A stretch of DNA of 52,069 nt from Armatimonadota bacterium (GTDB taxonomy: Bacteria > Sysuimicrobiota > Sysuimicrobiia > Sysuimicrobiales > Kaftiobacteriaceae), in NCBI GenBank assembly GCA_037440005.1, contig JBBIUY010000019.1:1-52069 (forward strand), written 5' to 3'. Both the position numbers and the translations under genes were made by a program. The notes below the pieces were generated by a model. The model did no database searches. It worked only from the letters and a program-made list of their open reading frames with translations, and was not told the DNA's origin. Positions within the stretch are counted from its first letter, which is position 1. Each line of letters opens with the position of its first letter. Positions 1 to 7,784 of this stretch are shown here, piece after piece.

Positions 1-392
1 GCCGACGAGAACACCAGAACCGCAAAGCAGGCGGACACCACCAGTTCCGCTAGTGGGGAGGCCACCCCCCGGCTCAGGTACTGCAGCGCGGTCATGGTCA
101 GCAGGCCCAGCGCCAGACCTCCCGCCACGCCCGCCAGCGTCGACACGCCCGCCAGGCGCTCCAGGATTCCGCGCCGGAACACGTGCAGGAAGCTGGCCAC
201 GACCACCGGGAGCATCACCCCGGCCAGGCTGCGCAGTCCCGCGGCAAACCCGCGGCCGAACGCCCCCAGGACCAGGTACAGGGCGATCAGGACCAGGGTC
301 GCCAGCGTCCCGTAGACCGCGATGAGCCGGACCGTCTCGTGCACGACCTGCATCGCAGACCGGGTGGCGGGTGGCGGCTGCGGTCCGGCCAC
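1..392 (-). CDS. Hypothetical multi-pass membrane protein, runs off the window start (not in ORF track)
   Basis: Hand translation: AGGAGGAGG RBS then GTG at 392; open frame MAGPQPPPATRSAMQVVHETVRLIAVYGTLATLVLIALYLVLGAFGRGFAAGLRSLAGVMLPVVVASFLHVF...LAELVVSACFAVLVFSS with several hydrophobic helices. Confidence 0.7.
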   Translation of the reverse strand, partial: MAGPQPPPATRSAMQVVHETVRLIAVYGTLATLVLIALYLVLGAFGRGFAAGLRSLAGVMLPVVVASFLHVFRRGILERLAGVSTLAGVAGGLALGLLTMTALQYLSRGVASPLAELVVSACFAVLVFSS

Positions 393-674
393 GGCGACGA
401 CCTCCTCCTGGGCTCCGACGCATCATTCGGTGGGGCGTCGCCGGGACCTGCCGCGCGGTCATGGGCGGGCGCGTGCACCCGGAGGATGGCTCATGCGCCG
501 CCTGCCAGGCAGTTCTTCAACTGGCCGGGTGCACGTCTTTCGGTAGGCGCGAGGACGCGGGATGCGCCTCATCTGCCCGGGAGCCTGAAGCCGGGCCATA
601 GCCGGCATGGAGGGGGACACACGAGGGCCGCGAGGATGTGCAGGACGACGGCTCGGGTGGGTGAACGCGGGGAA

Positions 675-1397
675 CTACGGATCATCCTCAATCTGCTCTC
701 GGCGCTCGGGCACAGAGAGGTCTTCGGCGATCTCCACAAGGGCGTGAGGAGCCCGGATCACCAATCGCTGCCGACCCGCCCTCACGAACCCCCGCTGCTC
801 CCACTGGCTCAGGATCCGGCTGGTGGTGTACAGCGTGGTGCCCGTGAGATTCGCCAGATCTTCCCGTGAGAGGGGGACGTCCACCAGAACCCCTTCCTCG
901 ATCCTGCGACCCACGTGGCGGGCCAGCCGGAGGACCGCCCGGGCGACCCGCCGCTCCACCCGTTCCCAGGCCAGCTCGTTGACCCGCTCCTGCAGCTCCT
1001 GGATGCGCCGCGCCTGCACCCGCAGGAGGTTCAGCGCAACCTGTGGATGGGCGCGGAGGATCCGGTACATCGTCTCCCTGGACCAGCCAAGCACCACGCT
1101 CGCTTCCACGGCCTCTGCGGACACCGGATAGGTCTCGTCCCCCAGGGCCGCGATCCCGCCGAAGAACTCTCCCGGCGTGAGGATCCGGTAAATCATCGTC
1201 CGGCCATCGGGGTGGAGCTGGACGAGTCGCATCCGCCCGGTCTCCAGGACGTAGCTGTGGATGGCAGGATCCCCCTGGGCGAACAGCACCTCGCCACCCT
1301 CCAGGAGGTGGCGCTGGGCTTCGGCCCGGATCCGTTCCAGCCCTGCAGAACTCAGACCCTCGAAGACCGGGCAGCGGGCAAGCGCGTCGAGGTCCAC
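675..1397 (-). CDS. Crp/Fnr family transcriptional regulator, NnrR/Dnr-like
   Basis: cNMP-type beta-barrel (LFAQGDPA...GEFFGGIA), C-helix and HTH LSREDLANLTGTTLYTTSRILS; no FNR N-terminal Cys cluster; start reset to GTG 1397 (MDLDALARCPVF). Confidence 0.9.
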   Translation of the reverse strand: MDLDALARCPVFEGLSSAGLERIRAEAQRHLLEGGEVLFAQGDPAIHSYVLETGRMRLVQLHPDGRTMIYRILTPGEFFGGIAALGDETYPVSAEAVEASVVLGWSRETMYRILRAHPQVALNLLRVQARRIQELQERVNELAWERVERRVARAVLRLARHVGRRIEEGVLVDVPLSREDLANLTGTTLYTTSRILSQWEQRGFVRAGRQRLVIRAPHALVEIAEDLSVPERREQIEDDP

Positions 1398-1436
1398 ACC
1401 TCCATGGTGACGCTCCTGAGGTCCGAAGACAACCGG

Positions 1437-1452
1437 TTTGCGCCCCGTCAAA
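1437..1452. promoter_or_regulatory. Crp/Fnr (NnrR/Dnr-type) binding box TTTGCG-CCCC-GTCAAA
   Basis: TTG-N8-CAA dyad between the regulator and the divergent operon; a TGn-TGGACT extended -10-like element at 1471-1479 places it at a class II (-41.5) position. Confidence 0.7.
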
Positions 1453-1488
1453 GACACACCCCACGGGGTGTGCTGGACTTGGCGTGGG

Positions 1489-1710
1489 ATGGGACGAGCC
1501 CATCGGGGCGAGACGGTAGAGGCGCTCCTCCAACGGCATCCCGCGGCGGTGCGGGTGTTCCTGCGGCACCGCATGGCCTGCCCTGGCTGCGCCATGGCCC
1601 CCTTCGAGACCCTGGAGGAGGTCTGCCGCATCTACCGCGTCCCCGTGGAAGCGTTCCTGCAGGAACTCGCGGAGGCGGGGGATGTCCATCGTGACCTTCC
1701 TGCTGGGTGA
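1489..1710 (+). CDS. DUF1858 family small redox protein (hybrid-cluster-associated CxxC domain)
   Basis: TVEALLQRHPAAVRVFLRHRMACPGCAMAPFETLEEVCRIYRV pattern; ATG at 1489. Confidence 0.85.
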   Translation: MGRAHRGETVEALLQRHPAAVRVFLRHRMACPGCAMAPFETLEEVCRIYRVPVEAFLQELAEAGDVHRDLPAG

Positions 1711-2132
1711 GCACGGAGTCTTGTACGCCCTGCTGGACCGGGTGGAGGATCTGGCCCCGAACACGGACCCGACGGCCGTGCGGGCATGCCGCGACCTGCT
1801 GGCGGAGGTCATCCGCTCCCACGCGGAGGTGGAAGACCAGCTGCTGTTTGAGCCCCTGGAGCGGGCCAGCGCGCGGGCGGAGCCCGCTGTCCGGGGCATG
1901 CGGATCATGCATGACGACATCGACGAGGTCCTTGACGACTTGGATCGGCGACATCCACCGCGCCCGGGAGCTGCTGGTCAACCTGGCGGGACTGTGCAAG
2001 CAGCACTTCTTCGCGGAAGAGAAAATCGTGTTTTCTCTGGCGGAAGGGGAGCTGGAGGCTTCCGCCCTCGAGGACCTGGGCCGGCAGTACCTGGAGCGGC
2101 GCGGGCTCATGGGAATGGGTAGCCATGTGTAG
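1682..2132 (+). pseudogene. Hemerythrin-domain protein, frameshifted near 1943-1948
   Basis: Frame 1682 carries EH...HAEVED...MH; the second HxxxE motif (HFFAEE) and C-terminus lie in the 1707 frame ending at TAG 2132. Confidence 0.75.
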
Positions 2133-2514
2133 GCCACCCCAAGCATCGCCCGGGGAAGTTCCAGGAGCTTCGGGCTCCCCGCCGGACACGCCCGTCGGAC
2201 GGACTCCGACCGCCCCGGAGCGCCAGGTGTGGGACGCCCTCCGGGAGGTGTTGGACCCGGAGCTCGGCATCAACATCGTGGATTTGGGTCTGGTGTACGA
2301 CGTGGCCGTGGAGGACGCCGCGGTCCGGGTCGCGGTGACCATGACCACGCCCGCCTGCCCCTTGCACGGCCACGTGGTGGACGCCATCGAGTTCGTCCTT
2401 CGCCGCGACCTGCCCCACCTTCGCCGCGTGGACGTGCGGCTGGTGTGGGACCCGCCGTGGCATCCCGGGATGATGTCCCACGAAGCGCGCCGCCAGCTCG
2501 GGTGGGTGGACTGA
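2125..2514 (+). CDS. DUF59/SufT/PaaD-like metal-sulfur cluster assembly factor
   Basis: VLDPELGINIVDLGLVYDV...MTTPACP...WDPPW motifs. Confidence 0.9.
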   Translation: MCRPPQASPGEVPGASGSPPDTPVGRTPTAPERQVWDALREVLDPELGINIVDLGLVYDVAVEDAAVRVAVTMTTPACPLHGHVVDAIEFVLRRDLPHLRRVDVRLVWDPPWHPGMMSHEARRQLGWVD

Positions 2515-2515
2515 C

Positions 2516-3568
2516 GTGGAACTCCGCGACCGCGTGTGGGAGGCTCTCCGTTCGGTCCGCTACCCGGGCTACAGCCGCGACGTGGTCTCCTTCGGGCTCG
2601 TGCAGCGGGTGACCGCGCAGGCAGACGTGGTCGGGATCGCGCTGGCCGTGGCCCACCTGGCGCCAGAGGTGCAAGAGGAGCTCGAGCGGGAAGTCCGGCG
2701 GGCGGTCCTCCAGCTCCCTGGCGTGCGGGTGGTGGAGGTGGTGCGGGTCACACCCGCCAGGGCGCCCCGCCCCGCCCAGCCCACGGCCACGCGGACGCGG
2801 GTGGCGGCCCGCGCGCTGGCCGTGGCCAGCGGCAAGGGCGGAGTGGGAAAGTCCACGGTGACCGCCAATCTCGCCGCGACCCTGGCGCTGGAGGGCGTAC
2901 GCGTCGGCGTGCTCGACGCGGACGTGTACGGGTTCAGCATCGCCCGGATGCTGGGAGTGCGGGAGCGGCCCGAGGTCCACGAGGAGCGCCTCGTGCCGGC
3001 CCGGCGGGGCGACCTGCAGGTGGTGACCATGGGGATGCTGGTGGGGCCGGACGAAGCCGTGATCTGGCGGGGGCCCCTGCTGCACAAAGCGCTGCGCACG
3101 TTCCTCCACGAGGTGGCATGGGAGGACCTGGACGCGCTGCTCCTGGACCTACCACCGGGCACCGGGGACGTGGCCTTGACGGTGGCCCAGGAGCTCCCCC
3201 ACGCGGAGTGGCTGGTGGTCACCACGCCACAGCCCGCAGCCGTGGAGGTCGCCCTGCGGGCCGGCCGCATGGCGCAGAAAGTGAACCTGAAGGTGGCGGG
3301 CGTCGTGGAGAACCTCTCCTGGTACCGGCCGACGCCCCAGGGCCCCCTGCTCCACCCGTTCGGCAAAGGAGGAGGACGGGAAGCAGCGGAACGCCTGGAG
3401 GTCCCGCTGCTGGCGGAGATCCCCCTGGATCCCGCGGTGCGGGAGTGCGCGGACGCCGGGGAGCCCGTGGTGTGGGCTCAGCCGGACCTGGAGGTCTCCC
3501 GCCGCTTCAGGCAGCTGGCACGCACATTCCTCCCGGTCCCCGCGCGCGACCTTGCAGCGAGGAGGTGA
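2516..3568 (+). CDS. mrp: Mrp/NBP35 (ApbC-like) P-loop ATPase with N-terminal DUF59-like domain
   Basis: SGKGGVGKST, DADVYGFS, IWRGP, DLPPGTGD, VVTTPQ, VENLS motifs. Confidence 0.9.
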   Translation: MELRDRVWEALRSVRYPGYSRDVVSFGLVQRVTAQADVVGIALAVAHLAPEVQEELEREVRRAVLQLPGVRVVEVVRVTPARAPRPAQPTATRTRVAARALAVASGKGGVGKSTVTANLAATLALEGVRVGVLDADVYGFSIARMLGVRERPEVHEERLVPARRGDLQVVTMGMLVGPDEAVIWRGPLLHKALRTFLHEVAWEDLDALLLDLPPGTGDVALTVAQELPHAEWLVVTTPQPAAVEVALRAGRMAQKVNLKVAGVVENLSWYRPTPQGPLLHPFGKGGGREAAERLEVPLLAEIPLDPAVRECADAGEPVVWAQPDLEVSRRFRQLARTFLPVPARDLAARR

Positions 3569-3573
3569 TCCCC

Positions 3574-4281
3574 GTGTCCCGACTCGACCAAGCCTTCCGG
3601 TCCCACCACCGCGAACTCCTCCGGCAAATGGAGGACTTCGCCGAGCAGGTCGCCCGAGACCCTCAGAGGGCGGACCTGCAATCCTTGGTTCGCTTCCTCC
3701 GGGAAGAGCTGCTGCCCCACGCCCGCGCCGAGGAACGCCACCTGTACCCCGCGGTGGCCCCCCTGCTGCGGCAGCACGCGGACCCCACCGCCACCATGCG
3801 GCTCGACCACGCCTTCATCGAGGAGCACGTCCGCCGGGTGGAGGCGGCGGTGCAGGAGTCCCAGCGGGGCGGGTTCACGTGGCCCGACCAGCTGCGGCGC
3901 GAGGTCCTGGGGCTTGCGGCCCTGTTCCGGGCGCACCTGGAGAAGGAAGAGCAGGTGTACCTGCCCCTGGTGGAGGGCCACCTTTCGGAAGCGGACCAGG
4001 ACGCACTGCTGAACGCCATGCACGAGGGCGTAGCCGAGGCGCCCGCCGGCTCCGCTCGTGTGCTGGACGTCCGGCGCCTACCCCCGCCGCAACGCCACCC
4101 GCTCATCTTCCAGACCTTCCAGGCCTTGCGTCCGGGAGAGGGCTTCGAGCTGGTCAACGACCACGACCCCAAGCCCCTGTACTACCAGTTCGCCGCGGAG
4201 CTACCCGGCCAGTTCACGTGGGAGTACCTGGAGCAGGGGCCCGAGGTGTGGCGTGTCCGCATCGGCAAGCCTGCAGCCTGA
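3574..4281 (+). CDS. Hemerythrin-DUF2249 fusion protein
   Basis: GGAGG RBS and GTG 3574; HH...HARAEE...DH...HLEKEE di-iron ligand pattern, then LDVRRLPPPQRHPLIF...VNDHDPKPLYYQF...GPEVWRVRI (DUF2249). Confidence 0.88.
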   Translation: MSRLDQAFRSHHRELLRQMEDFAEQVARDPQRADLQSLVRFLREELLPHARAEERHLYPAVAPLLRQHADPTATMRLDHAFIEEHVRRVEAAVQESQRGGFTWPDQLRREVLGLAALFRAHLEKEEQVYLPLVEGHLSEADQDALLNAMHEGVAEAPAGSARVLDVRRLPPPQRHPLIFQTFQALRPGEGFELVNDHDPKPLYYQFAAELPGQFTWEYLEQGPEVWRVRIGKPAA

Positions 4282-5377
4282 GGGCCAGACTTCCGCAGCC
4301 CCTCCGGCCCGCGACGCCCCCAGGCGCCTGCGGCGGGCACCGCTGCTCGCGGCGGGCGGGCTGTCCCTCCTGGTGGGGATGTGGGTGGGGTTACGGCGCG
4401 CGGGCTGGCCTCTGCCGCTGCCGTTCGGGTTGGGCCTTGGGGACCACGCTGTCCTCATGGTGAGCGGTTTCCTGGGGACTCTGATCAGCCTGGAACGGGC
4501 CGTGGCCCTGAGGGTCCCCTGGGCGTTCGCTGCCCCTGCCCTGTCGGCCGTGGCGGCGCTGGCGGCCCTCGGCGGCCTGCCTGGTGGCTTCAGCGCCATC
4601 CTGTTCGGTGCGGCGGGTGCCGTTCTGTGCTCGGCCTACGCCCGCGTCCTGCGCATCCAGCTCGCTCCCTTCACCGTAGCCATGGCCGCGGGCGGGGCCG
4701 CGTGGCTGTTGGGCACCCTGGCGTGGAGCGCGGGGCTCGCTTCCGCCACGTGGGTGACGTGCTGGGCCGCGTTCCTGGTCCTCACCATCGTGGGCGAGCG
4801 GCTGGAGTTGAGCCGGCTCGCGCGCCCGCCCGAATGGGCGTGGCGGGTTTTCGCGGGCATCGGGGTGCTCCACGGTGCGGCCGTCCTGATCTCCCTCGCT
4901 CACCCATTGTCGGGGTGGCGGCTTTCGGGCCTGGCGTTTGCGGCGTGGGCTGCGTGGCTGGCCCGGTTCGACGTAGCGCGCAGGACCGTCCGCACCCCGG
5001 GGCTGCCCCGCTTTTCGGCCTGGGGCTTGCTAGCGGGCTACGTCTGGCTGGCAGTGGCGGGGGTCCTGTGGCTATCCAGTCCCGGCGTTCCCGCGGGGCT
5101 GCGGTACGACGCGGAGGTCCACGCGCTGTTCCTGGGGTTCGTGTTCTCCATGGTCTTCGCCCACGCGCCCATCATCTGGCCGTCGGTGCTGGGCGGGACG
5201 ATCCGGTTCCGCCGACGGTTCTACGGGCACATAGCTTTGCTGCATCTCTCGGTGCTCCTGCGGGTTGCGTCCGACCTGATGAGCTGGGAACCTGGCCGAC
5301 GGTGGGCGGTGGCGTTGAACACGCTAGCCATCCTCCTCTTCCTCGCCAACACGGTGGTGGCGAGCACAGGAAGCTGA
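4253..5377 (+). CDS. Polytopic membrane protein, NnrS-like (start uncertain)
   Basis: About 11-12 hydrophobic segments, intramembrane His residues, HAVLMVSGFLGTLISLERAVAL and HALFLGFVFSMVFAHAPII motifs; lies in the NO-response operon. Confidence 0.7.
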   Translation: MSASASLQPEGQTSAAPPARDAPRRLRRAPLLAAGGLSLLVGMWVGLRRAGWPLPLPFGLGLGDHAVLMVSGFLGTLISLERAVALRVPWAFAAPALSAVAALAALGGLPGGFSAILFGAAGAVLCSAYARVLRIQLAPFTVAMAAGGAAWLLGTLAWSAGLASATWVTCWAAFLVLTIVGERLELSRLARPPEWAWRVFAGIGVLHGAAVLISLAHPLSGWRLSGLAFAAWAAWLARFDVARRTVRTPGLPRFSAWGLLAGYVWLAVAGVLWLSSPGVPAGLRYDAEVHALFLGFVFSMVFAHAPIIWPSVLGGTIRFRRRFYGHIALLHLSVLLRVASDLMSWEPGRRWAVALNTLAILLFLANTVVASTGS

Positions 5378-5404
5378 AGGTCCCTTGTGGAGTAACCATC
5401 GGTT

Positions 5405-7630
5405 ATGCGTTTGACCCTCCGGCAGGCCAACATCGTCCTCCTGGCTGTGGTCGTCGCAAGCGCCGTGACCCTCGCCTGGGGCACGGCGCAGACTTACCGC
5501 CACCTGCCGCCCCTCCCGGAGGCCTTCGTGGGGGAGGACGGGGCGATCCTGTTCACCGCCTCAGACGTGCGCGCCGGGCAACAGGCCTTCCAGCGCCGCA
5601 ACCTCATGGGCTTCGGCACCCTGTTCGGCAACGGCAGCTACTTCGGGCCCGACTACGGGGCGGAGTACCTGGCCTGGCTGCGCGACTCGGTGGCGGAGCG
5701 CGTGCTCGGCCGTCCTCCCGACCGGGCCTCGCCCGAGGAGCGCCGGAGGGCTATGGTGCAGGTCCGGGAGATCCTGGGGCGGGCCCGGCTGGAGGGCGAC
5801 CGCGTGGTCCTCCCAGCTCCGTGGGTCCAGGCCCACCGGGCCATCGAAGGCCGGTACCGCAGCCGGTTCGTGGACGGCGACCGGCGCCTCGGCATCGCCC
5901 CCAACACGCTGCAGCCGGAGGAGGTCGGGCCCTTTGCGGCCTTCGTGGCTTGGTCCGCCTGGGTGTCCGTGACCCCCCGTCCCGGAGGCGACGGGACGTA
6001 CACCAACAACTTCCCGCCCATGCCGGAGTTGGGTCTTGTGCCCACGCCGGGGACGGTGCTGTGGACCGCGTGGTCTTTGGGATGGGTCCTGGTCCTGGCC
6101 CTGCTGGTCGTGGTCGCCTTCGGCGCGGTGCGCCTGGAGCCCATCCCCGCGCTGCCGCCCCTGGAGGAACGCGCTGCCCGGCCACCCGGGTTTTTGGCTC
6201 GGGTCGCCCTTCTGCTCGTGGGCGGCTGCTTCCTCGTGTTCTTCCTCCAGACCCTAGGGGGCGGTTACCTCGCCAACGCGTACGCGTCCCGGGAGGACTT
6301 CTACGGGCTGTTCCGCCGCCTGGGGCTGGAGCGCATGGCGGTGCTGCCGTTCCAGGCCGTGCGCTCTGCCCACACGGCCATGGCGGTGGTCTGGGTGGTG
6401 GGGATGTGGATGTCCGCCGCCTTGTACGTAGCCCTGCTCCTGGGCGGCCGGGAGCGTGCGTGGCACCGGCCCGCCGCCTACGCCTCCGTGGTCGTACTCC
6501 TCCTCTCGGTGGCAGGGACCCTCCTCGGCGTGTACGCGAGCGTTCAGGGGTGGGTCCGATCGCCGCTTTTGGGCAGCGAGGGCACGGAGTACCTGGAGAT
6601 GGGGCGGCTGTGGCGGGCCGGGATCGCCGTGGGGTTCACCCTGTGGGTCGCGATCCTCGCCTCCTCCCTGTGGGGTGCCGCCGTGGCGTGGCGTCCCCTC
6701 CTGCAGGTGCTGGTCTGGAACGGGGCGGCGATCACGGCCGCGTTCTACGCCAGCTTCGCGTACCGGCCCACCAGCCACTGGGTGGTCATCGACTTCTGGC
6801 GGTGGTGGGTGGTCCACCACTGGGTGGAGGGGATCTTCGCCTTCTTCCAGATCCTCGTCCTCGGGTGGTTCTTCGCGGGGCTCCGGCTGGTGAGCCGGGA
6901 GGACGTGACCAAGTCCCCGTACCTGGAAGGCGCTCTGGTGTTGCTGGCGGGGTTCCTGGCCATCGGGCACCACTTCTGGTGGGTGGGTGAACCTCCGCTG
7001 TGGCTGGGAGTCGGCAGCGTGTTCAGCACCCTGGAGGTCCTCCCCCTCTTCCTCCTGCTGACCACGGCCCTGCGAGCTCTCGCCCGCGGTGGCCACGTAC
7101 CTCCTGCTCTGCGCTGGCCCCTGCGCTTCCTCATCGCCAGCGCCCTCTGGCAGTTTGTCGGTTCCGGGATCCTGGGTCTTTTGATCAACCTCCCGGTGGT
7201 GAACTACTACGAGCACGGAACGTTCCTCACCGTGGCCCACGGCCACGCCTCCTTCCTGGGCGCTTTCGGGTTCATGGCCGTCGGGCTGAGTCTGTACGCC
7301 GTCCGGCACGCCCACCCGGAGGGCTGGAGCGAGGGCCGGCTCTGGGCGGCCTTCTGGGCTCTGAACGTGGGCCTTGCGCTCATGGTGTTCCTGAGCGTGA
7401 CGCCCGTGGGGGTCCTGCAGCTGCGGGAGGCGGTCCAGGCAGACTACGCGGCAGCCCGGGCCCTGAGCTTCGACGAGCGCCCACCGGTGTTAGTGCTGAA
7501 CAAGTGGCGGCTGCCCGGAGACCTTTTGATCATCGTGGGCGCCGCCCTCCTGGCCGTGGAGACGTCCCGCCAGGTCCTCACCCGCGCGCGGCGTCCGGGT
7601 CGTGGCGCTCCGGGGTTGATGCTGGAATGA
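5405..7630 (+). CDS. norB: Quinol-dependent nitric oxide reductase (qNOR, NorZ/NorB long form), atypical
   Basis: 741 aa; [57 protein letters not shown]; six His ligands at 323, 471, 522, 523, 612, 614; no CxxCH. Confidence 0.9.
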   Translation: MRLTLRQANIVLLAVVVASAVTLAWGTAQTYRHLPPLPEAFVGEDGAILFTASDVRAGQQAFQRRNLMGFGTLFGNGSYFGPDYGAEYLAWLRDSVAERVLGRPPDRASPEERRRAMVQVREILGRARLEGDRVVLPAPWVQAHRAIEGRYRSRFVDGDRRLGIAPNTLQPEEVGPFAAFVAWSAWVSVTPRPGGDGTYTNNFPPMPELGLVPTPGTVLWTAWSLGWVLVLALLVVVAFGAVRLEPIPALPPLEERAARPPGFLARVALLLVGGCFLVFFLQTLGGGYLANAYASREDFYGLFRRLGLERMAVLPFQAVRSAHTAMAVVWVVGMWMSAALYVALLLGGRERAWHRPAAYASVVVLLLSVAGTLLGVYASVQGWVRSPLLGSEGTEYLEMGRLWRAGIAVGFTLWVAILASSLWGAAVAWRPLLQVLVWNGAAITAAFYASFAYRPTSHWVVIDFWRWWVVHHWVEGIFAFFQILVLGWFFAGLRLVSREDVTKSPYLEGALVLLAGFLAIGHHFWWVGEPPLWLGVGSVFSTLEVLPLFLLLTTALRALARGGHVPPALRWPLRFLIASALWQFVGSGILGLLINLPVVNYYEHGTFLTVAHGHASFLGAFGFMAVGLSLYAVRHAHPEGWSEGRLWAAFWALNVGLALMVFLSVTPVGVLQLREAVQADYAAARALSFDERPPVLVLNKWRLPGDLLIIVGAALLAVETSRQVLTRARRPGRGAPGLMLE

Positions 7631-7784
7631 GTGGGGAGATGGCCACGGCCCGGACACTTAGGCCGGGCTTGCGGGTGGGTGTGGACCGGCTGGAAGAGGG
7701 AGGGGAGGTCTCTTACAGCAACGTGCCCTCGCGCACCACCGGCGCGGCAAGCGGGGAGACGGCGCGGGCGCGGGGGCAGGACGC

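Noticed and set aside
5405..7630. Nitric oxide dismutase (Nod) or cNOR
   Set aside because: Both His of the HH pair and the downstream Glu (STLEV) are intact, unlike Nod; no CxxCH and no separate norC
7631..7784. Small ORF or att site between norB and purH
   Set aside because: No recognisable protein features and no matching repeat at the other flank of the cluster
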